Notes: generated from the letters alone by a model not told the origin. A stretch of DNA of 64,000 bases from Gammaproteobacteria bacterium (GCA_965225625.1 CBDDBH010000020.1:70341-134340), one strand, 5' to 3'; shown: positions 24,282 to 36,006, numbered from the stretch's first letter. Program-made: numbers and translations.

Positions 24282-24765
24282 CCAGTAATCCCAGGCGCTT
24301 ATGCCAATCCGCGATCGACTCCTCAGGGTAACGCTGGAACTCCTGATCCTGCGGGCCCTTTTCGACCGGCACCCAATCGGGTTTGAATTCGAGCATGATG
24401 TGGTTTTGTTCAGGGGCCTTGGGCAACGGCGTGTCTATGGCCGAGGCGAACGGATGGACCATTTCCGGCCAGCGGGGATCCCAAACCCATAACGCACTGC
24501 CGCATTCCATGCAGAAATGCCGTTGCGCTGAGCTGAGCTGAACGTCTTTGTCTTCGGGATTTTTTATCCAGGCTTGATATATCCGGATATGCTCTTTTCC
24601 GGTTACCTCGAGCGTGTCGTAGTCGCCTTTCAAATTGATGACATAGCCACCACCACCTCCGGTCTTGCGGCAGATTTTGCAATAGCAGCGCATGTAAGGA
24701 TACGGCTCACGCGATTCGACGCTGAGGTGAATCGCACCACAATCACAGGATCCTTCGAGTCGCAT
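24265..24765 (-). CDS. GFA-family protein (glutathione-dependent formaldehyde-activating enzyme / CENP-V-like zinc protein).
   Basis: The CDCGAIH...CYCKICRK...CMECGSALW cysteine pattern. Confidence 0.6.
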   Translation of the reverse strand: MRLEGSCDCGAIHLSVESREPYPYMRCYCKICRKTGGGGGYVINLKGDYDTLEVTGKEHIRIYQAWIKNPEDKDVQLSSAQRHFCMECGSALWVWDPRWPEMVHPFASAIDTPLPKAPEQNHIMLEFKPDWVPVEKGPQDQEFQRYPEESIADWHKRLGLLDEKTD

Positions 24766-24922
24766 TTGAGTTTGCCCTTAGTTGTCGTCAGCGAATCACG
24801 ATAGCCGAAACCGCGCCGTTTCCCAAGCCAGCCCACAGTGCTTGTCGTTGCTCGAGAGAATGGGCTATCGTCTCGTGCTCTGATGCGCACTGCCCCACCC
24901 CTGTAGTGAAACCACCCCAACA

Positions 24923-25852
24923 ATGAGCATGGTTACCGGTGTGGTCCTACCCGTCTTCGGCGTGGTGCTCATCGGTTATCTGGTCGCCCGTACCGGTGTG
25001 CTCAACGCCGCGGCCAATGATGGCCTGGCGCGTTTCGTATTCAACATCGCAGTCCCCTGCCTGCTGTTTCGCGCCATGGCCACAGCTGAGTTGCCAGCGG
25101 TCACGCCGTGGCCATTCCTTGCTTCTTATTACATCGGTGCGCTCGCGATTTACGGCATCGGTATGCTGGCATCGCGCCGACTATTTCAACGCAGCCCAGC
25201 CGAGCAGGCAATCAGTGGTATGACAAGCTGCTACTCCAATGCCGTGCTGTTGGGCATTCCGTTGGTACTAGCCGCTTATGGCGAGGCCAGCGCCGTGCCG
25301 CTGTTTCTCATGGTCGCGTGTCAGGGACCTTTGCTGTTTGCGATTGGAACGCTGTTGGTGGAATCAGCGCTGGGTCACAGCGGCGAGGTGCGACGCCTGC
25401 CACGAAAAGTATTCGACGTGTTGGTGAAAAATCCGGTGATCATCAGCATCGTCGCAGGCCTGCTATTCAATGTGTCGGGCTTCGAATTTATCGACAGCGT
25501 AGATGCCATCATAGCCATGGTTGCCGCAGCGGTACCCGCATGTGCGCTCGTCTCGCTCGGCGCTTCGCTAAGTCAATATCGATTGACCGGCGATCTGCGT
25601 GAACCATTACTGCTGGTCGCGCTGAAAAATGTTGCGCAACCTCTGCTCGTGTGGATCCTGGCGACGTTGGTGTTCTCGTTGCCCCCGCTGTGGGTAAAGG
25701 TGGCGGTAATACTAGCCGCGCTGCCCAGCGGGGTCATGGCGCACGTTTTCGCACGTAATTACCAACTGAACGAGCCGGTAGTCAGTCAAACAATTACCCT
25801 GTCAACTGCCGTATCTCTGGTGACGCTGTCGTTGCTGTTGTCGGTTTTGTAG
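24923..25852 (+). CDS. AEC-family (auxin efflux carrier-like) transporter.
   Basis: Ten hydrophobic segments with typical AEC layout. Confidence 0.65.
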   Translation: MSMVTGVVLPVFGVVLIGYLVARTGVLNAAANDGLARFVFNIAVPCLLFRAMATAELPAVTPWPFLASYYIGALAIYGIGMLASRRLFQRSPAEQAISGMTSCYSNAVLLGIPLVLAAYGEASAVPLFLMVACQGPLLFAIGTLLVESALGHSGEVRRLPRKVFDVLVKNPVIISIVAGLLFNVSGFEFIDSVDAIIAMVAAAVPACALVSLGASLSQYRLTGDLREPLLLVALKNVAQPLLVWILATLVFSLPPLWVKVAVILAALPSGVMAHVFARNYQLNEPVVSQTITLSTAVSLVTLSLLLSVL

Positions 25853-25912
25853 ACAACGATGTGATCGATGCGACACCGGCGCATTGCCATTGCCGCCTGT
25901 TCCGACAGCCTG

Positions 25913-27700
25913 CTAGGCCGCGCTTACCTTTACGTAGGCGCCTGGCGCGTCTTCGATCACATCCAGAGCGCCGTCCCCGGGCTGGCGTGCCGGAACCTCT
26001 TCGGCGGCGTACTGACGTAACCAACCATCCCAATGCGGCCACCAGGATCCCGCATGCTCCTGCGCCTGTGCGAGCCACTGCTGTGCCTGCGCTGGCATCT
26101 CTTCGCTCACCCAATAGCCGTATTTTTCCGCAGCCGGCGGATTGACTATACCGGCAATGTGCCCAGACATCCCCAGTAAAAAAGTAACTGGACCGGCGAA
26201 CAGTTGAGCACCGGCGTAAGTCGATTTCCAGGGCGCAATATGATCTTCGCGGGTAGACACGAAAATGCTTGGCACTTTTATCGCGCCGACATCGATTGGC
26301 ACGCCGTCCACCGTGATCCCGCCTTTTTCCTTAAACACATTCTCCAAATACATTTTGCGCAAATAAAAACTATGCATTGCCGCCGGCAAGCGCGTGCTAT
26401 CGGAGTTCCAGTAAAGCAAGTCAAACGGGAACGGTTCCTTACCCAACAAATAGTTGTTGATGACAAACCACCAGATGAGGTCGTTGGATCGCAGCATGTT
26501 GAATGTATTCGCCATGCTCTTGCCCTCCAGATAACCGCGCTCGGCCATCACCGCTTCCAACTGGCTCACTCGCTTCTCGTCGATAAACACGCCCAGATCG
26601 CCGGGCTCGGCGAAATCAATCATGCTGACGAAAAAGGTCGCACTGGTAATTCGCTTGTCTTTTTTGGCCTTCATGTAGGCGAGCGTCGCCGCCAGCAAGG
26701 TGCCGCCCAGGCAGTAACCAATCGCATTGACTTCGCGTTCACCGGTCGCGGCCTCGATAGCTTGCAGTGCCGCGAGCGGACCTTCGAACAGGTAATCGTC
26801 GAAGCCCTTGTGCGCCAGTTTCTCGTCGGGATTGACCCAGGAAATCACGAACACGGTGTGACCTTGCTCGACAGCCCAGCGGATGAAGGAGTTCTTGGGT
26901 CGCAAGTCTAGAATGTAGTATTTGTTGATCCAGGGCGGCACGATGAGCAGCGGTCTGCGATGCACTTGCGTGGTCGTTGGCTCGTATTGCAGCAGCTGCA
27001 TGAGCGCGTTCTGGAACACAACTTTAGCTGGCGTTAGTGCTATGTTCTTGCCAAGTTCGAAGGCATCCGGATCGGTCATCTTGATGCGTAATTCGCCTTG
27101 GCCGCGTTCCAGATCGCTGAGCAAATTGCTAAGACCGTCGAGTAGATTCTGCCCGCCGCTCGCGCGTGTTTCTGCCAGTACCTGTGGATTGGTCAGCGCG
27201 AAGTTGCCGGGCGCCATCGCATTGACAAATTCATTGGTATAAAAAGCGACTTTCTGCGCACTCTTTTCATCAACGCCTTGCGTATCCACGACGGTTTCAT
27301 TAATCGTGTTCGCGGCAATCAAATAAGATTGTTTGATGAAATCGAAGAGCGGATCTTTCGTCCACGCTTCGTCAATGAACCGCCGATCATCAGCCCGTGG
27401 CTCGACCACGGCGTCGGCATCCATACCGAGCATCCGCCGGCCTGAGCTCTGCCACAGCTCAGCGTAGCTCTGCCAGGCCTGCAATTGCGCTTGCATCAGG
27501 CGTCCGGGATCGGCAAGCATTTGCGCGGCAAGTGTCTGGAACGCCTGCGACACACCCATGGGATCAAGATCAATTTGATGGCCGCCCGCCTGCTGGCGGC
27601 GTAAGAAATCCTCGACCAGCCGGCCACTGCGTTGGGCCAGGTCGGCCAATTGCTCGCTCGTTCCGGCAAGGTCGTTCAAGGGGTTGCTGGGATTGGTCAC
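25913..27700 (-). CDS. phaC: Class I poly(R)-hydroxyalkanoate synthase.
   Basis: GYCLGG lipase box. Length 595 aa with a PhaC N-terminal domain. Confidence 0.85.
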   Translation of the reverse strand: MTNPSNPLNDLAGTSEQLADLAQRSGRLVEDFLRRQQAGGHQIDLDPMGVSQAFQTLAAQMLADPGRLMQAQLQAWQSYAELWQSSGRRMLGMDADAVVEPRADDRRFIDEAWTKDPLFDFIKQSYLIAANTINETVVDTQGVDEKSAQKVAFYTNEFVNAMAPGNFALTNPQVLAETRASGGQNLLDGLSNLLSDLERGQGELRIKMTDPDAFELGKNIALTPAKVVFQNALMQLLQYEPTTTQVHRRPLLIVPPWINKYYILDLRPKNSFIRWAVEQGHTVFVISWVNPDEKLAHKGFDDYLFEGPLAALQAIEAATGEREVNAIGYCLGGTLLAATLAYMKAKKDKRITSATFFVSMIDFAEPGDLGVFIDEKRVSQLEAVMAERGYLEGKSMANTFNMLRSNDLIWWFVINNYLLGKEPFPFDLLYWNSDSTRLPAAMHSFYLRKMYLENVFKEKGGITVDGVPIDVGAIKVPSIFVSTREDHIAPWKSTYAGAQLFAGPVTFLLGMSGHIAGIVNPPAAEKYGYWVSEEMPAQAQQWLAQAQEHAGSWWPHWDGWLRQYAAEEVPARQPGDGALDVIEDAPGAYVKVSAA

Positions 27701-27802
27701 GGGTTTAGATTCTCTATTAAAGACAGGCAGATAGGGTGGGGTAAGATTATATGTTGCAGTGCAACAATACGCACCGCCGCTGCGCGTGTCAACGCGTCAC
27801 GA

Positions 27803-28768
27803 TTAACGAATAACGCCGGCGGCCTGTTCGTCAGCGTGATAGGACGAGCGGACCATGGGTCCACTGGCAACGTGGGTAAAACCGAGTTCGTAACCAACCA
27901 CCGCGAGTCGATCGAACTCATCGGGATGCACGAAACGGTGCACCGCCAGGTGATGTGGGCTCGGCTGTAGATACTGGCCCAGGGTAAGCATATCGCAGTC
28001 GTGGGCGCGCAAATCGCGCATCACATCTTCGACTTCCGCCATCGTTTCTCCCAGTCCCAACATCAATCCAGACTTCGTTGGTACGCCGTGATGGCGTGCT
28101 TTGAATTCTTTAATGAGTTTAAGCGACCAGGGATAGTCAGCGCCCGGTCGAGCCTGTCGATACAGCCGCGGTACGGTTTCCAGATTGTGGTTGAAAACAT
28201 CGGGCGGCGCCTTCACCAGCACTTCTAAAGCACGCTCCATCCTGCCGCGAAAATCAGGAACGAGGATCTCGATTTTCAGCATCGGATTCGCTGCGCGCAC
28301 GGCTTGGATGCAAGCCACAAAATGGCCGGCGCCGCCGTCTTTCAGATCGTCGCGATCCACCGAGGTAATCACAACATAGCGCAGGCCCATAGCTTTTATG
28401 GTGCTCGCCAAATGACGCGGTTCGTCGTTGTCTAGCGGCAGCGGACGGCCGTGCGCAACATCGCAGAACGGGCAGCGCCGCGTACAGATATCGCCCATGA
28501 TCATGAAGGTCGCAGTGCCTTTGCCGAAGCACTCCGGCAGATTCGGACAGGCGGCCTCCTCGCAAACCGTGTGCAGATGGTTGTCACGCAGCAGCGATTT
28601 CAGCCGTTGCACCACACCATCGGCGGGTATGCGCACGCGGATCCAAGGTGGTTTGGGAATACGTTTTGCTTCGACCTTCACCGGGATGGCGCGGATCTTG
28701 TCGGCGCCGCGAAGCTTTTTGCCCGGCGTTTTTTTTGTGCGGCTGACAGCGTCGGCGTTTATCGTCAT
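27803..28768 (-). CDS. lipA: Lipoyl synthase.
   Basis: Radical-SAM motifs CEEAACPN and CTRRCPFC. Confidence 0.9.
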   Translation of the reverse strand: MTINADAVSRTKKTPGKKLRGADKIRAIPVKVEAKRIPKPPWIRVRIPADGVVQRLKSLLRDNHLHTVCEEAACPNLPECFGKGTATFMIMGDICTRRCPFCDVAHGRPLPLDNDEPRHLASTIKAMGLRYVVITSVDRDDLKDGGAGHFVACIQAVRAANPMLKIEILVPDFRGRMERALEVLVKAPPDVFNHNLETVPRLYRQARPGADYPWSLKLIKEFKARHHGVPTKSGLMLGLGETMAEVEDVMRDLRAHDCDMLTLGQYLQPSPHHLAVHRFVHPDEFDRLAVVGYELGFTHVASGPMVRSSYHADEQAAGVIR

Positions 28769-28852
28769 CGAATTAAACTATTGGCTCGCCGTCCCTATTA
28801 CAGGATCGCGAAACTACCCTGACAAAGATAGTAGCGGATCGGTATCCGGCTA

Positions 28853-30559
28853 TCATCTCTTTGGGATGTAAAGATCGGTAATAGTCCCGGCGTAAGCCTC
28901 CGCGGCAAAGGCAACGGTTTCCGACAAAGTCGGATGCGGATGGATAGTGAGGCCAATATCCTCAGCGTCACACCCCATCTCGATGGCCAACGCCGCCTCG
29001 GCGATGAGATCGCCCGCATTCGGACCGACGATCCCTGCACCCAGCAGCCGCCCGCTAGCCGGATCAAACAGCAATTTGGTCAAGCCCTCGCTACGACCAA
29101 GACTCAACGCGCGGCCGCTTGCCGCCCACGGAAAACTGCTTTTGGCGAAGTCGATGCCGCGCGATTTCGCGTCGGTTTCGCTCAGCCCGACCCAGGCGAC
29201 TTCTGGATCGGTATACGCGACCGAGGGGATCACCGAGGCTTCTAATGTACTTTTCTCGCCAGCGGCTACCTCGGCCGCGACCTTACCTTCGTGCGTTGCC
29301 TTGTGCGCAAGCATCGGCTGTCCAACGATATCGCCTATCGCAAAAATATGCGGGACGTTGGTTCGTTGCTGTTTGTCGACCGGTATAAAACCGCGAGCAT
29401 CTATCTGCACGCCCGCCGCCTCGGCGCCGATATTACGGCCGTTGGGTGTACGGCCCACTGCTACCAATACCCGATCAAAGCGCTCACTGACGGGCGCGTC
29501 GGGCCCTTGGAAGGTGACGTGCAGACCGTCTGCGCGCGCGTCAACGTCGACAAGCTTGGTGCCAAGATAAATGTTTTCGTATTGACCGGCGATACGTTGT
29601 TGCAGCGGTTTAACGATGTCGCCATCGGCACCGAACATCAATTCATCAAGCAACTCTACGACCGTAACGCGCGCGCCGATTTCATGGTAAACGGTTGCCA
29701 TTTCAAGGCCGATGATGCCGCCGCCAACAACCAGTAATCGCCGCGGAATGTCCGTTAATTGCAATGCACCCGTGGAATCGATGACCCGCGGATCATCGGG
29801 TAGATCCGGCAAACGCGCCGATTCAGATCCGGTGGCAATAATGGCCTGATCAAAACTTACGATACGCTGTTCGCCGGCATGCTCGACTTGCAGGCTATTC
29901 GCGCTGACAAAGGTCCCGCGTCCCTGGACAATTTCGACTGCACGCTTTTTCGCCAGCCCACGCAGGCCACCGGTGAGCTGACCGACTACTTTATCCTTCC
30001 ACGCACGCAGTTTATCCGGGTCGATTCGGGGTACGTCGAATTCGACCCCGAACTCTCGCATTTCCTTCGCATCGCTGATTACCTTAGCGGCATGCAACAG
30101 CGCTTTAGACGGAATGCAACCAACGTTGAGGCAAACACCGCCAAGCGCCGCATAACGCTCGACCATTACGACCCGCTTGCCCAAGTCGGCGGCGCGGAAC
30201 GCGGCGGTATAACCGCCGGGACCAGAACCAAGCACTAACACTTCGGCGTGCAGATCAAACTCGCCCGCGGGTTCAGCGGGCGCGACAATTGGCTCAGCAA
30301 CTGGAGCCGGTGTTTCCGACGCCACGTCCAACGTCAATATCAAACTGCCTTGAGCGATCTGATCGCCGACGTTAACCGCCACGCTTGTGACCGTACCCGC
30401 CGTCGGCGCCGGGATATCCATCGTCGCCTTGTCACTTTCCAAGGTGATAAGCGACGCTTCTTTGGTCACCGTATCGCCGGGCTTGACCAATACCTCGATC
30501 ACCTCGACGGCATCAAAGTCGCCGATGTCAGGTACCGTTACCTGGCGTTGTTCGCTCAT
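28853..30559 (-). CDS. lpdA: Dihydrolipoyl dehydrogenase (E3) with an N-terminal lipoyl-attachment domain.
   Basis: Lipoyl motif ESDKATMDIPAP, FAD motif GSGPGGY, redox-active disulfide GGVCLNVGCIPSK. Confidence 0.85.
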   Translation of the reverse strand: MSEQRQVTVPDIGDFDAVEVIEVLVKPGDTVTKEASLITLESDKATMDIPAPTAGTVTSVAVNVGDQIAQGSLILTLDVASETPAPVAEPIVAPAEPAGEFDLHAEVLVLGSGPGGYTAAFRAADLGKRVVMVERYAALGGVCLNVGCIPSKALLHAAKVISDAKEMREFGVEFDVPRIDPDKLRAWKDKVVGQLTGGLRGLAKKRAVEIVQGRGTFVSANSLQVEHAGEQRIVSFDQAIIATGSESARLPDLPDDPRVIDSTGALQLTDIPRRLLVVGGGIIGLEMATVYHEIGARVTVVELLDELMFGADGDIVKPLQQRIAGQYENIYLGTKLVDVDARADGLHVTFQGPDAPVSERFDRVLVAVGRTPNGRNIGAEAAGVQIDARGFIPVDKQQRTNVPHIFAIGDIVGQPMLAHKATHEGKVAAEVAAGEKSTLEASVIPSVAYTDPEVAWVGLSETDAKSRGIDFAKSSFPWAASGRALSLGRSEGLTKLLFDPASGRLLGAGIVGPNAGDLIAEAALAIEMGCDAEDIGLTIHPHPTLSETVAFAAEAYAGTITDLYIPKR

Positions 30560-30763
30560 ATCTCCTCCTGGGCGATTGCTCGCTGCGAGCCATTTTACCC
30601 GAAGCCGTCATTTGGCACGGCAACACCGCGAAAACGCGCTGATCCCGTGCATTCGACAAAAACATGAAAAAAACCACCATATCGGGCAAAGTACGGTCGT
30701 GGTCACGCGCGAGCGAGGCCGATGCCCAGGAGTAACGGTACACAACCATAAGGAGCCGAACCC

Positions 30764-30925
30764 GTGACGCTAAAAATAATGATGGGGATCGTCACGGTGG
30801 CATTGTTGTGCGGCTGCGCACCGGAAGTCGGCAGCGATGCGTGGTGCGAAAAGATGAAAGAGAAGCCAAAAGGCGAATGGACGGCCGATGCCACCGGCAA
30901 TTTTGCCAAGCACTGCCTGTTTTAG
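30764..30925 (+). CDS. Small lipoprotein, DUF3012-like (53 aa).
   Basis: GTG start 7 nt after an AGGAG RBS. Lipobox LCGC. The GSDAWCEKMKEKPKGEWT motif is recalled from DUF3012. Below the ORF-track size cutoff. Confidence 0.4.
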   Translation: MTLKIMMGIVTVALLCGCAPEVGSDAWCEKMKEKPKGEWTADATGNFAKHCLF

Positions 30926-31007
30926 GCGCAACCCGAACTCTTAATTGCATTACCAAATACCCGACCGATCGCACACCTGCGAGTAGTCGGTTTCTGGAGA
31001 TCTAACA

Positions 31008-31850
31008 ATGTCCAACAAAAAAGCAAAAAAAGACAAGCCCGATTCCAAGGAAAAGACCGAGAAATCCAAGCGCAAGAAAATAAAAAATAAACTCTATGAG
31101 TCCGAACTTTCCAAATTGCAGATCGAACTGGTCAAGATGCAGGAATGGATCAAGCACAAAGGAATGAGGGTCGTGGTGCTGTTCGAAGGACGCGATGCGG
31201 CCGGCAAGGGCGGTAGCATTAAGCGCATAACCCAAAGCCTCAGCCCGCGGGTCTGTCGCGTGGTCGCATTGCCCGCGCCGACCGAACGCGAGAAAACACA
31301 GTGGTATTTTCAACGCTACATTCAACATCTGCCGGCAGCCGGCGAGATGATGATTTTCGATCGCAGTTGGTATAACCGCGGCGGCGTCGAACGCGTCATG
31401 GGGTTTTGCACAGAAGAAGAATACCGAGAATTTCTGCGTTCCAGTCCGGAATTCGAACGCATGCTGGTGCGCTCCGGCATTATGTTGATCAAGTATTGGT
31501 TTTCGGTCAGCGATGACGAACAGGAACGTCGTTTTCAGGGACGCATTCACCACCCCACCAAACATTGGAAGCTCAGTCCCATGGATCTGCAATCACGTTC
31601 CAAGTGGGTGGAATACTCCAAGGCCAAAGACGAGATGTTTTCTCATACCGACATCAAACAGGCGCCGTGGTATGTCGTGGACGGCGACAACAAAAAGCGC
31701 GCCAGGCTCAATGTCATCACGCATTTGTTAAGCCTGATCGACTATGAAGATCTGTCTCCGGAGCCGGTCGAGTTGCCTAAGCGGCAGAAAGAACGCGGCT
31801 ACGTACGGCCGCCGATGACGGATCAGAATTTCGTTCCGGAAGCCTACTGA
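31008..31850 (+). CDS. ppk2: Polyphosphate kinase 2 (PPK2).
   Basis: Walker A GRDAAGKGG, the PPK2 lid motifs, and a Lys-rich N-terminus. Confidence 0.85.
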   Translation: MSNKKAKKDKPDSKEKTEKSKRKKIKNKLYESELSKLQIELVKMQEWIKHKGMRVVVLFEGRDAAGKGGSIKRITQSLSPRVCRVVALPAPTEREKTQWYFQRYIQHLPAAGEMMIFDRSWYNRGGVERVMGFCTEEEYREFLRSSPEFERMLVRSGIMLIKYWFSVSDDEQERRFQGRIHHPTKHWKLSPMDLQSRSKWVEYSKAKDEMFSHTDIKQAPWYVVDGDNKKRARLNVITHLLSLIDYEDLSPEPVELPKRQKERGYVRPPMTDQNFVPEAY

Positions 31851-31956
31851 CAAAGGCGGTCGCGACATCGGCGGCGGCGCCTTGTGGGTGGTTCTGTGTT
31901 AGCCCGGTGATCTTCGCCGTCCTTGTGCCGGCGGCGTTATCGTAATTTGGATCAGC

Positions 31957-33327
31957 ATGCCTGAAGTTCATCCATTGATGATCCTCGCGATCGGCATCGC
32001 GACCATCGTGACGATGATCGTCGTGCTCAGGATCAACGCATTTTTTGCGTTGATAACGGCCGCCTTGATAGTGAGTTTCCTGGCACCGGGCGATACCGCC
32101 GACAAAGTCACGCGGGTCGCCGTCGCCTTTGGCAATACCGCGGGCAGCATCGGCATTGTGATTGCGATGGCGGCGGTGATCGGCGTGTGCATGCTCGGTA
32201 GCGGCGCAGCCGATCGTGTCGTGCGCTGGTGTCTTTCATTGCTCGGAGAACAGCGCGCGGCAGCGGCTCTCGCTTCGAGCGGATTCGTGCTGGCGGTACC
32301 TGTCTTTTTCGACACCGTTTTTTATTTACTGGTACCCCTTGCCAGATCCATGTACCGGCGAACACAGCGCAATTACGTCAAGTACCTGGTCGCGATCGCG
32401 GCCGGCGCGGTAGCTACGCACGCATTGGTACCGCCAACCCCCGGCCCGTTGATCATCGCGCAAACCCTTGGCATCGATCTGGGCACTATGATTATCGTGG
32501 GTGCAGTTGTTGCTTTACCGTCCGCGTTCATGGGGCTTGTGTTTGCAGGATGGGTTGACCGTCGCATGACGATTGCAATGCGGCCTATCACCGATTCGGA
32601 CGAACCCGAACCCATTCCAGATGATCGGCTACCCGGCTTATTCGTGTCACTGTTACCGATACTGCTGCCAGTCGTGCTCATCTCGATGAACACGGTCACG
32701 CAAACGCTAAGCAGGGATGCAGGACCCGCATGGAAGCAAATGGCGGATTGGACCGCGGTAATCGGCAATCCGAATCTGGCGCTGCTGCTCGCCGCGGCGG
32801 TTGCGCTGCGGGTATACATTGGCCAGCGATTGCCGACCCGCGAAGGCGTCGCGCAACTCGTCGAGGGCGCACTCATGAGCGGTGGCATGATTATTCTGAT
32901 TACCGCCGGTGGCGGGGCCTTCGGCGCCATGCTCAAGGCCGCCCGCATTGGACCGGCGATAGAATCGTTGTTTGCGTCGGGTCAGGCAACCGGGTTCGCG
33001 TTATTACTACTGGGTTTTTTCGTTGCGGCCTTGCTTAAATTCGCACAGGGCTCGAGCACCGTGGCGATGATTACCGCCTCGGCCATGTTGGCCACCATGA
33101 TTTCCGGAGAATCACTGCCAATGCATCCGGTTTACCTGGCAACGGCGATTGGCAGCGGTTCGCTTGTGGGATCGTGGATGAACGACAGCGGCTTTTGGAT
33201 TTTTGCAAAAATGGGCGGTCTGACCGAAATCGAAACTTTGAAGTCGTGGACGCCGCTGTTGGTGGTGGTCGGCATTACCGGCATGCTTATGTCTTTATTG
33301 TTAGCGTCGGTCCTGCCGTTGACCTAG
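31957..33327 (+). CDS. GntP-family permease.
   Basis: About 12-14 TM segments with GntP-like N- and C-terminal motifs. Confidence 0.7.
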   Translation: MPEVHPLMILAIGIATIVTMIVVLRINAFFALITAALIVSFLAPGDTADKVTRVAVAFGNTAGSIGIVIAMAAVIGVCMLGSGAADRVVRWCLSLLGEQRAAAALASSGFVLAVPVFFDTVFYLLVPLARSMYRRTQRNYVKYLVAIAAGAVATHALVPPTPGPLIIAQTLGIDLGTMIIVGAVVALPSAFMGLVFAGWVDRRMTIAMRPITDSDEPEPIPDDRLPGLFVSLLPILLPVVLISMNTVTQTLSRDAGPAWKQMADWTAVIGNPNLALLLAAAVALRVYIGQRLPTREGVAQLVEGALMSGGMIILITAGGGAFGAMLKAARIGPAIESLFASGQATGFALLLLGFFVAALLKFAQGSSTVAMITASAMLATMISGESLPMHPVYLATAIGSGSLVGSWMNDSGFWIFAKMGGLTEIETLKSWTPLLVVVGITGMLMSLLLASVLPLT

Positions 33328-33809
33328 CCCAGTGGCCTCGTTGCGGTGCTCACAGCGTGCGAGACTCCGTGCCGACCCGCACCGACAAAATCTACGATTT
33401 GTGCGGCGTCACCCCCCTATCGGGTGCCTTCCAGGCCGCAAAATGCCAACCTATACGCATAAGTTCCTACACTGACTGTCTGTAAGTGCGAACTTCTACA
33501 CATAAAGTCCAGAATCCATCAACTAGACTTTTTGTCTATACGGAATCTAGCCGCCGCATAGGCACCAGGCAGCGGCGAACATAAGTAGCGGAGTTGCCAA
33601 ACAACACGGCGCCCCAGGGATGGGCCACGGCCCTTTGAAGGCAAGACGTATCGTTAACTGTGGATCCACCGGATGTTTATGGCACACAAATGAACATGTT
33701 ACAGTCATTTCAACGCGTCAGAGGTTGATTTTATTGAAGAATTACCGGATTTTTACCCATTTTATTGGTATTGTTTACCAGATAGTCCGGCAAACGGTAA
33801 TTTAACGCT

Positions 33810-34409
33810 ATGACACTGTCCGAATCACAGCCTAGACCAAACCGATCACAGTCAGGGTTTACGATGATCGAACTCATGATCACCCTGTCAATTGTAGCGA
33901 TAATGGCTACCGTCGGTGTCCCGGCAATCGGCGATATTATTCAAAAAAACCGGTTGCGGTCGCAAAGTGGTCTGATCATCGATTCCATCTCAGTGACGCG
34001 CAGTGAGGCCGTCAAGCGCCGTCAGGCTGTGGTCATGTGCCGGACGGGTAACCCTACGTCAGCAACACCAAGCTGTGGTGATGGTAGCGCTGCCAACACC
34101 TGGACTACAGGTTGGCTGGTATTTGTCGACAGTAACGGCAACAGCACCTACCAGGCCCCGGACATACTGCTCAATGCAGTGAATCCCTCGGCAAGCGGCA
34201 ATGTCACCATCATGACCAGTGGCAACGCCGACAATAATCTCTCTTACAATTCGGATGGCACTCTGAATGAAGCCGGCACCGCCAGATTCGCGGTGTGTGA
34301 TGCTCGCGGTATCAACTACGGCCGTGGCATCAGTGTCGCCCTAGTGGGCCGCGCTTCTATCTTCCAGGGCACACCAACCAGCCCCCTGACCAGTTGCACC
34401 GCGCCCTAA
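33810..34409 (+). CDS. Type IV pilus minor pilin, GspH/FimT(FimU)-family.
   Basis: Prepilin leader ...QSG/FTMIELMITLSIV and the QKNRL-SQS GspH/FimT motif. First gene of the minor-pilin operon. Confidence 0.7.
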   Translation: MTLSESQPRPNRSQSGFTMIELMITLSIVAIMATVGVPAIGDIIQKNRLRSQSGLIIDSISVTRSEAVKRRQAVVMCRTGNPTSATPSCGDGSAANTWTTGWLVFVDSNGNSTYQAPDILLNAVNPSASGNVTIMTSGNADNNLSYNSDGTLNEAGTARFAVCDARGINYGRGISVALVGRASIFQGTPTSPLTSCTAP

Positions 34410-34420
34410 CGAGAAATTTG

Positions 34421-35041
34421 ATGCCTGAAAACGCTATAAGCTCAGCTTCACTGCTGTTCAAACGCGTAACAAGACTGCGCCGTCAAACGGGATTTTCCCT
34501 GCTCGAGATCATGGTCGCTGTGTTTGTTTTGTCCATTGGGCTCCTCGGCGTTTCCGGTCTGCAGCACACCTCCAAGCGTTCTAATTATGAGGCGGTGCAG
34601 CGAGCAACGGCGACCATGCTCGCGGAGGATATCGTTGAGCGCATCCGTTCCAATGTGGCTCAAATGACGGTCTACACCAACGCCGGCGCAGGGCGCACGC
34701 TGACCGGCACGACCACCGCTGCGACGAATTGTGCGACGGCGGTTTGCACGACCGTGACCCTGGCTACCTACGACATGTACGAATTCGAGCAGGCACTTAT
34801 CGGCGCGACTGAAGTATCGGGCACAACCAATACCGGCGGGCTCGCGTCGCCGACCGTCTGTCTTACCGGACCCGCCCTGGCGCCGGGGACCGTTGTCGTA
34901 GCCATCGCGTGGCGGGGCATGACCAGTATCGCCGACCCGACAATCAATGCCTGTGGCTCCGCGACCGGACTCTACGATGACGGCGCCAACTTGAACGTGT
35001 TTCGGCGAGTGTTGGTACTAACTACCTTTTTCGATGATTGA
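34421..35041 (+). CDS. pilV: Type IV pilus modification protein PilV.
   Basis: RQTG/FSLLEIMVAVFVLSIGLLG matches the PilV N-terminus. ATG at 34421. Confidence 0.7.
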   Translation: MPENAISSASLLFKRVTRLRRQTGFSLLEIMVAVFVLSIGLLGVSGLQHTSKRSNYEAVQRATATMLAEDIVERIRSNVAQMTVYTNAGAGRTLTGTTTAATNCATAVCTTVTLATYDMYEFEQALIGATEVSGTTNTGGLASPTVCLTGPALAPGTVVVAIAWRGMTSIADPTINACGSATGLYDDGANLNVFRRVLVLTTFFDD

Positions 35042-35052
35042 TACAAACTGAT

Positions 35053-35997
35053 ATGCCGATCTACAAACAAGCGCGCCCACAACAAGGCATCACCTTAGTT
35101 GAACTCATGGTCGCCATGAGTCTGGGACTCGTGATCACTGCCGGCGTCATTTCGATTTACGTCCAGGGCGGTCGAGCCGCCTTCCAGGACGACACTTACG
35201 CACGCCTGCAGGAAAACGGCCGCTTCGCCATGCTGGAGATGGCGGAAGACTTGAAGATGACGGATTTCTGGGGCGAGATGATCGATCCCGCCGGCATTAT
35301 CACTGCGCTCGCGGCCGGAGAGGACTGTGACATTAACCTGTTGGATGGAGCCACTGCCATTCAATACAACAACAGCAGCTCGACTACCACGAGTTCAAAT
35401 TTCGATGAGACTGCGGACGGCTGTCCTGCGCTTATGGGTGCGATCCGCGCCAACACCGATATTCTCGCCATTAAACGTGTATCCGGCGCAACGACTGCAA
35501 CGCCGGTCGATAACGTCCTCTATTTGCGGTCCAACGGCGTAATCGGCAGCTTAGTTAATGACGCCGCGACGACAGCTCCCACGGTCGGTTTCCAGGATTG
35601 GTTGTATCTTCCACGCATTTACTACATCCGCAACGATGCAGTGCCGGCGCTGTGCCGCATGAACATTACCAACCTGGCCTTTACCGCGGTGCCAGCCGAT
35701 GGCTGCATTGCCGAAGGCATTGAGCAATTCCACATACAATTCGGAATCGATACCGATATCGACGGGGTCGCCAATCAATATATCGCGAACCCGACCGCAG
35801 CACAGATCGACACGGCGGTCTCGGCACGCCTTTATGTATTGGCTCGAAGTGCAGTCGGAGATCGCACCTACAACAATACCAAAACCTACAACCTCGGCGA
35901 TGTTGTAGTCGGTCCCGTTAACGATAATTTTTATCGGCGTGTGTACAGCACCACGGTAACACTACGCAATCCGGCAAACCTGATTTTCTTCAACTAG
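35053..35997 (+). CDS. pilW: Type IV pilus assembly protein PilW.
   Basis: QQG/ITLVELMVAMSLGLVITAG matches the PilW N-terminus. Gene order pilV-pilW-pilX. Confidence 0.7.
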   Translation: MPIYKQARPQQGITLVELMVAMSLGLVITAGVISIYVQGGRAAFQDDTYARLQENGRFAMLEMAEDLKMTDFWGEMIDPAGIITALAAGEDCDINLLDGATAIQYNNSSSTTTSSNFDETADGCPALMGAIRANTDILAIKRVSGATTATPVDNVLYLRSNGVIGSLVNDAATTAPTVGFQDWLYLPRIYYIRNDAVPALCRMNITNLAFTAVPADGCIAEGIEQFHIQFGIDTDIDGVANQYIANPTAAQIDTAVSARLYVLARSAVGDRTYNNTKTYNLGDVVVGPVNDNFYRRVYSTTVTLRNPANLIFFN

Positions 35998-36006
35998 GCA
36001 GATCCG

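Noticed and set aside
26204-26911. 235-aa plus-strand ORF inside phaC.
   Set aside because: Antisense to a well-supported phaC; no motifs.
32373-32948. 191-aa minus-strand ORF inside the GntP permease gene.
   Set aside because: Antisense to a transporter with a clear TM pattern.
33620-33805. 61-aa ORF upstream of the pilin operon.
   Set aside because: It lies in an AT-rich promoter region with no RBS; probably non-coding.
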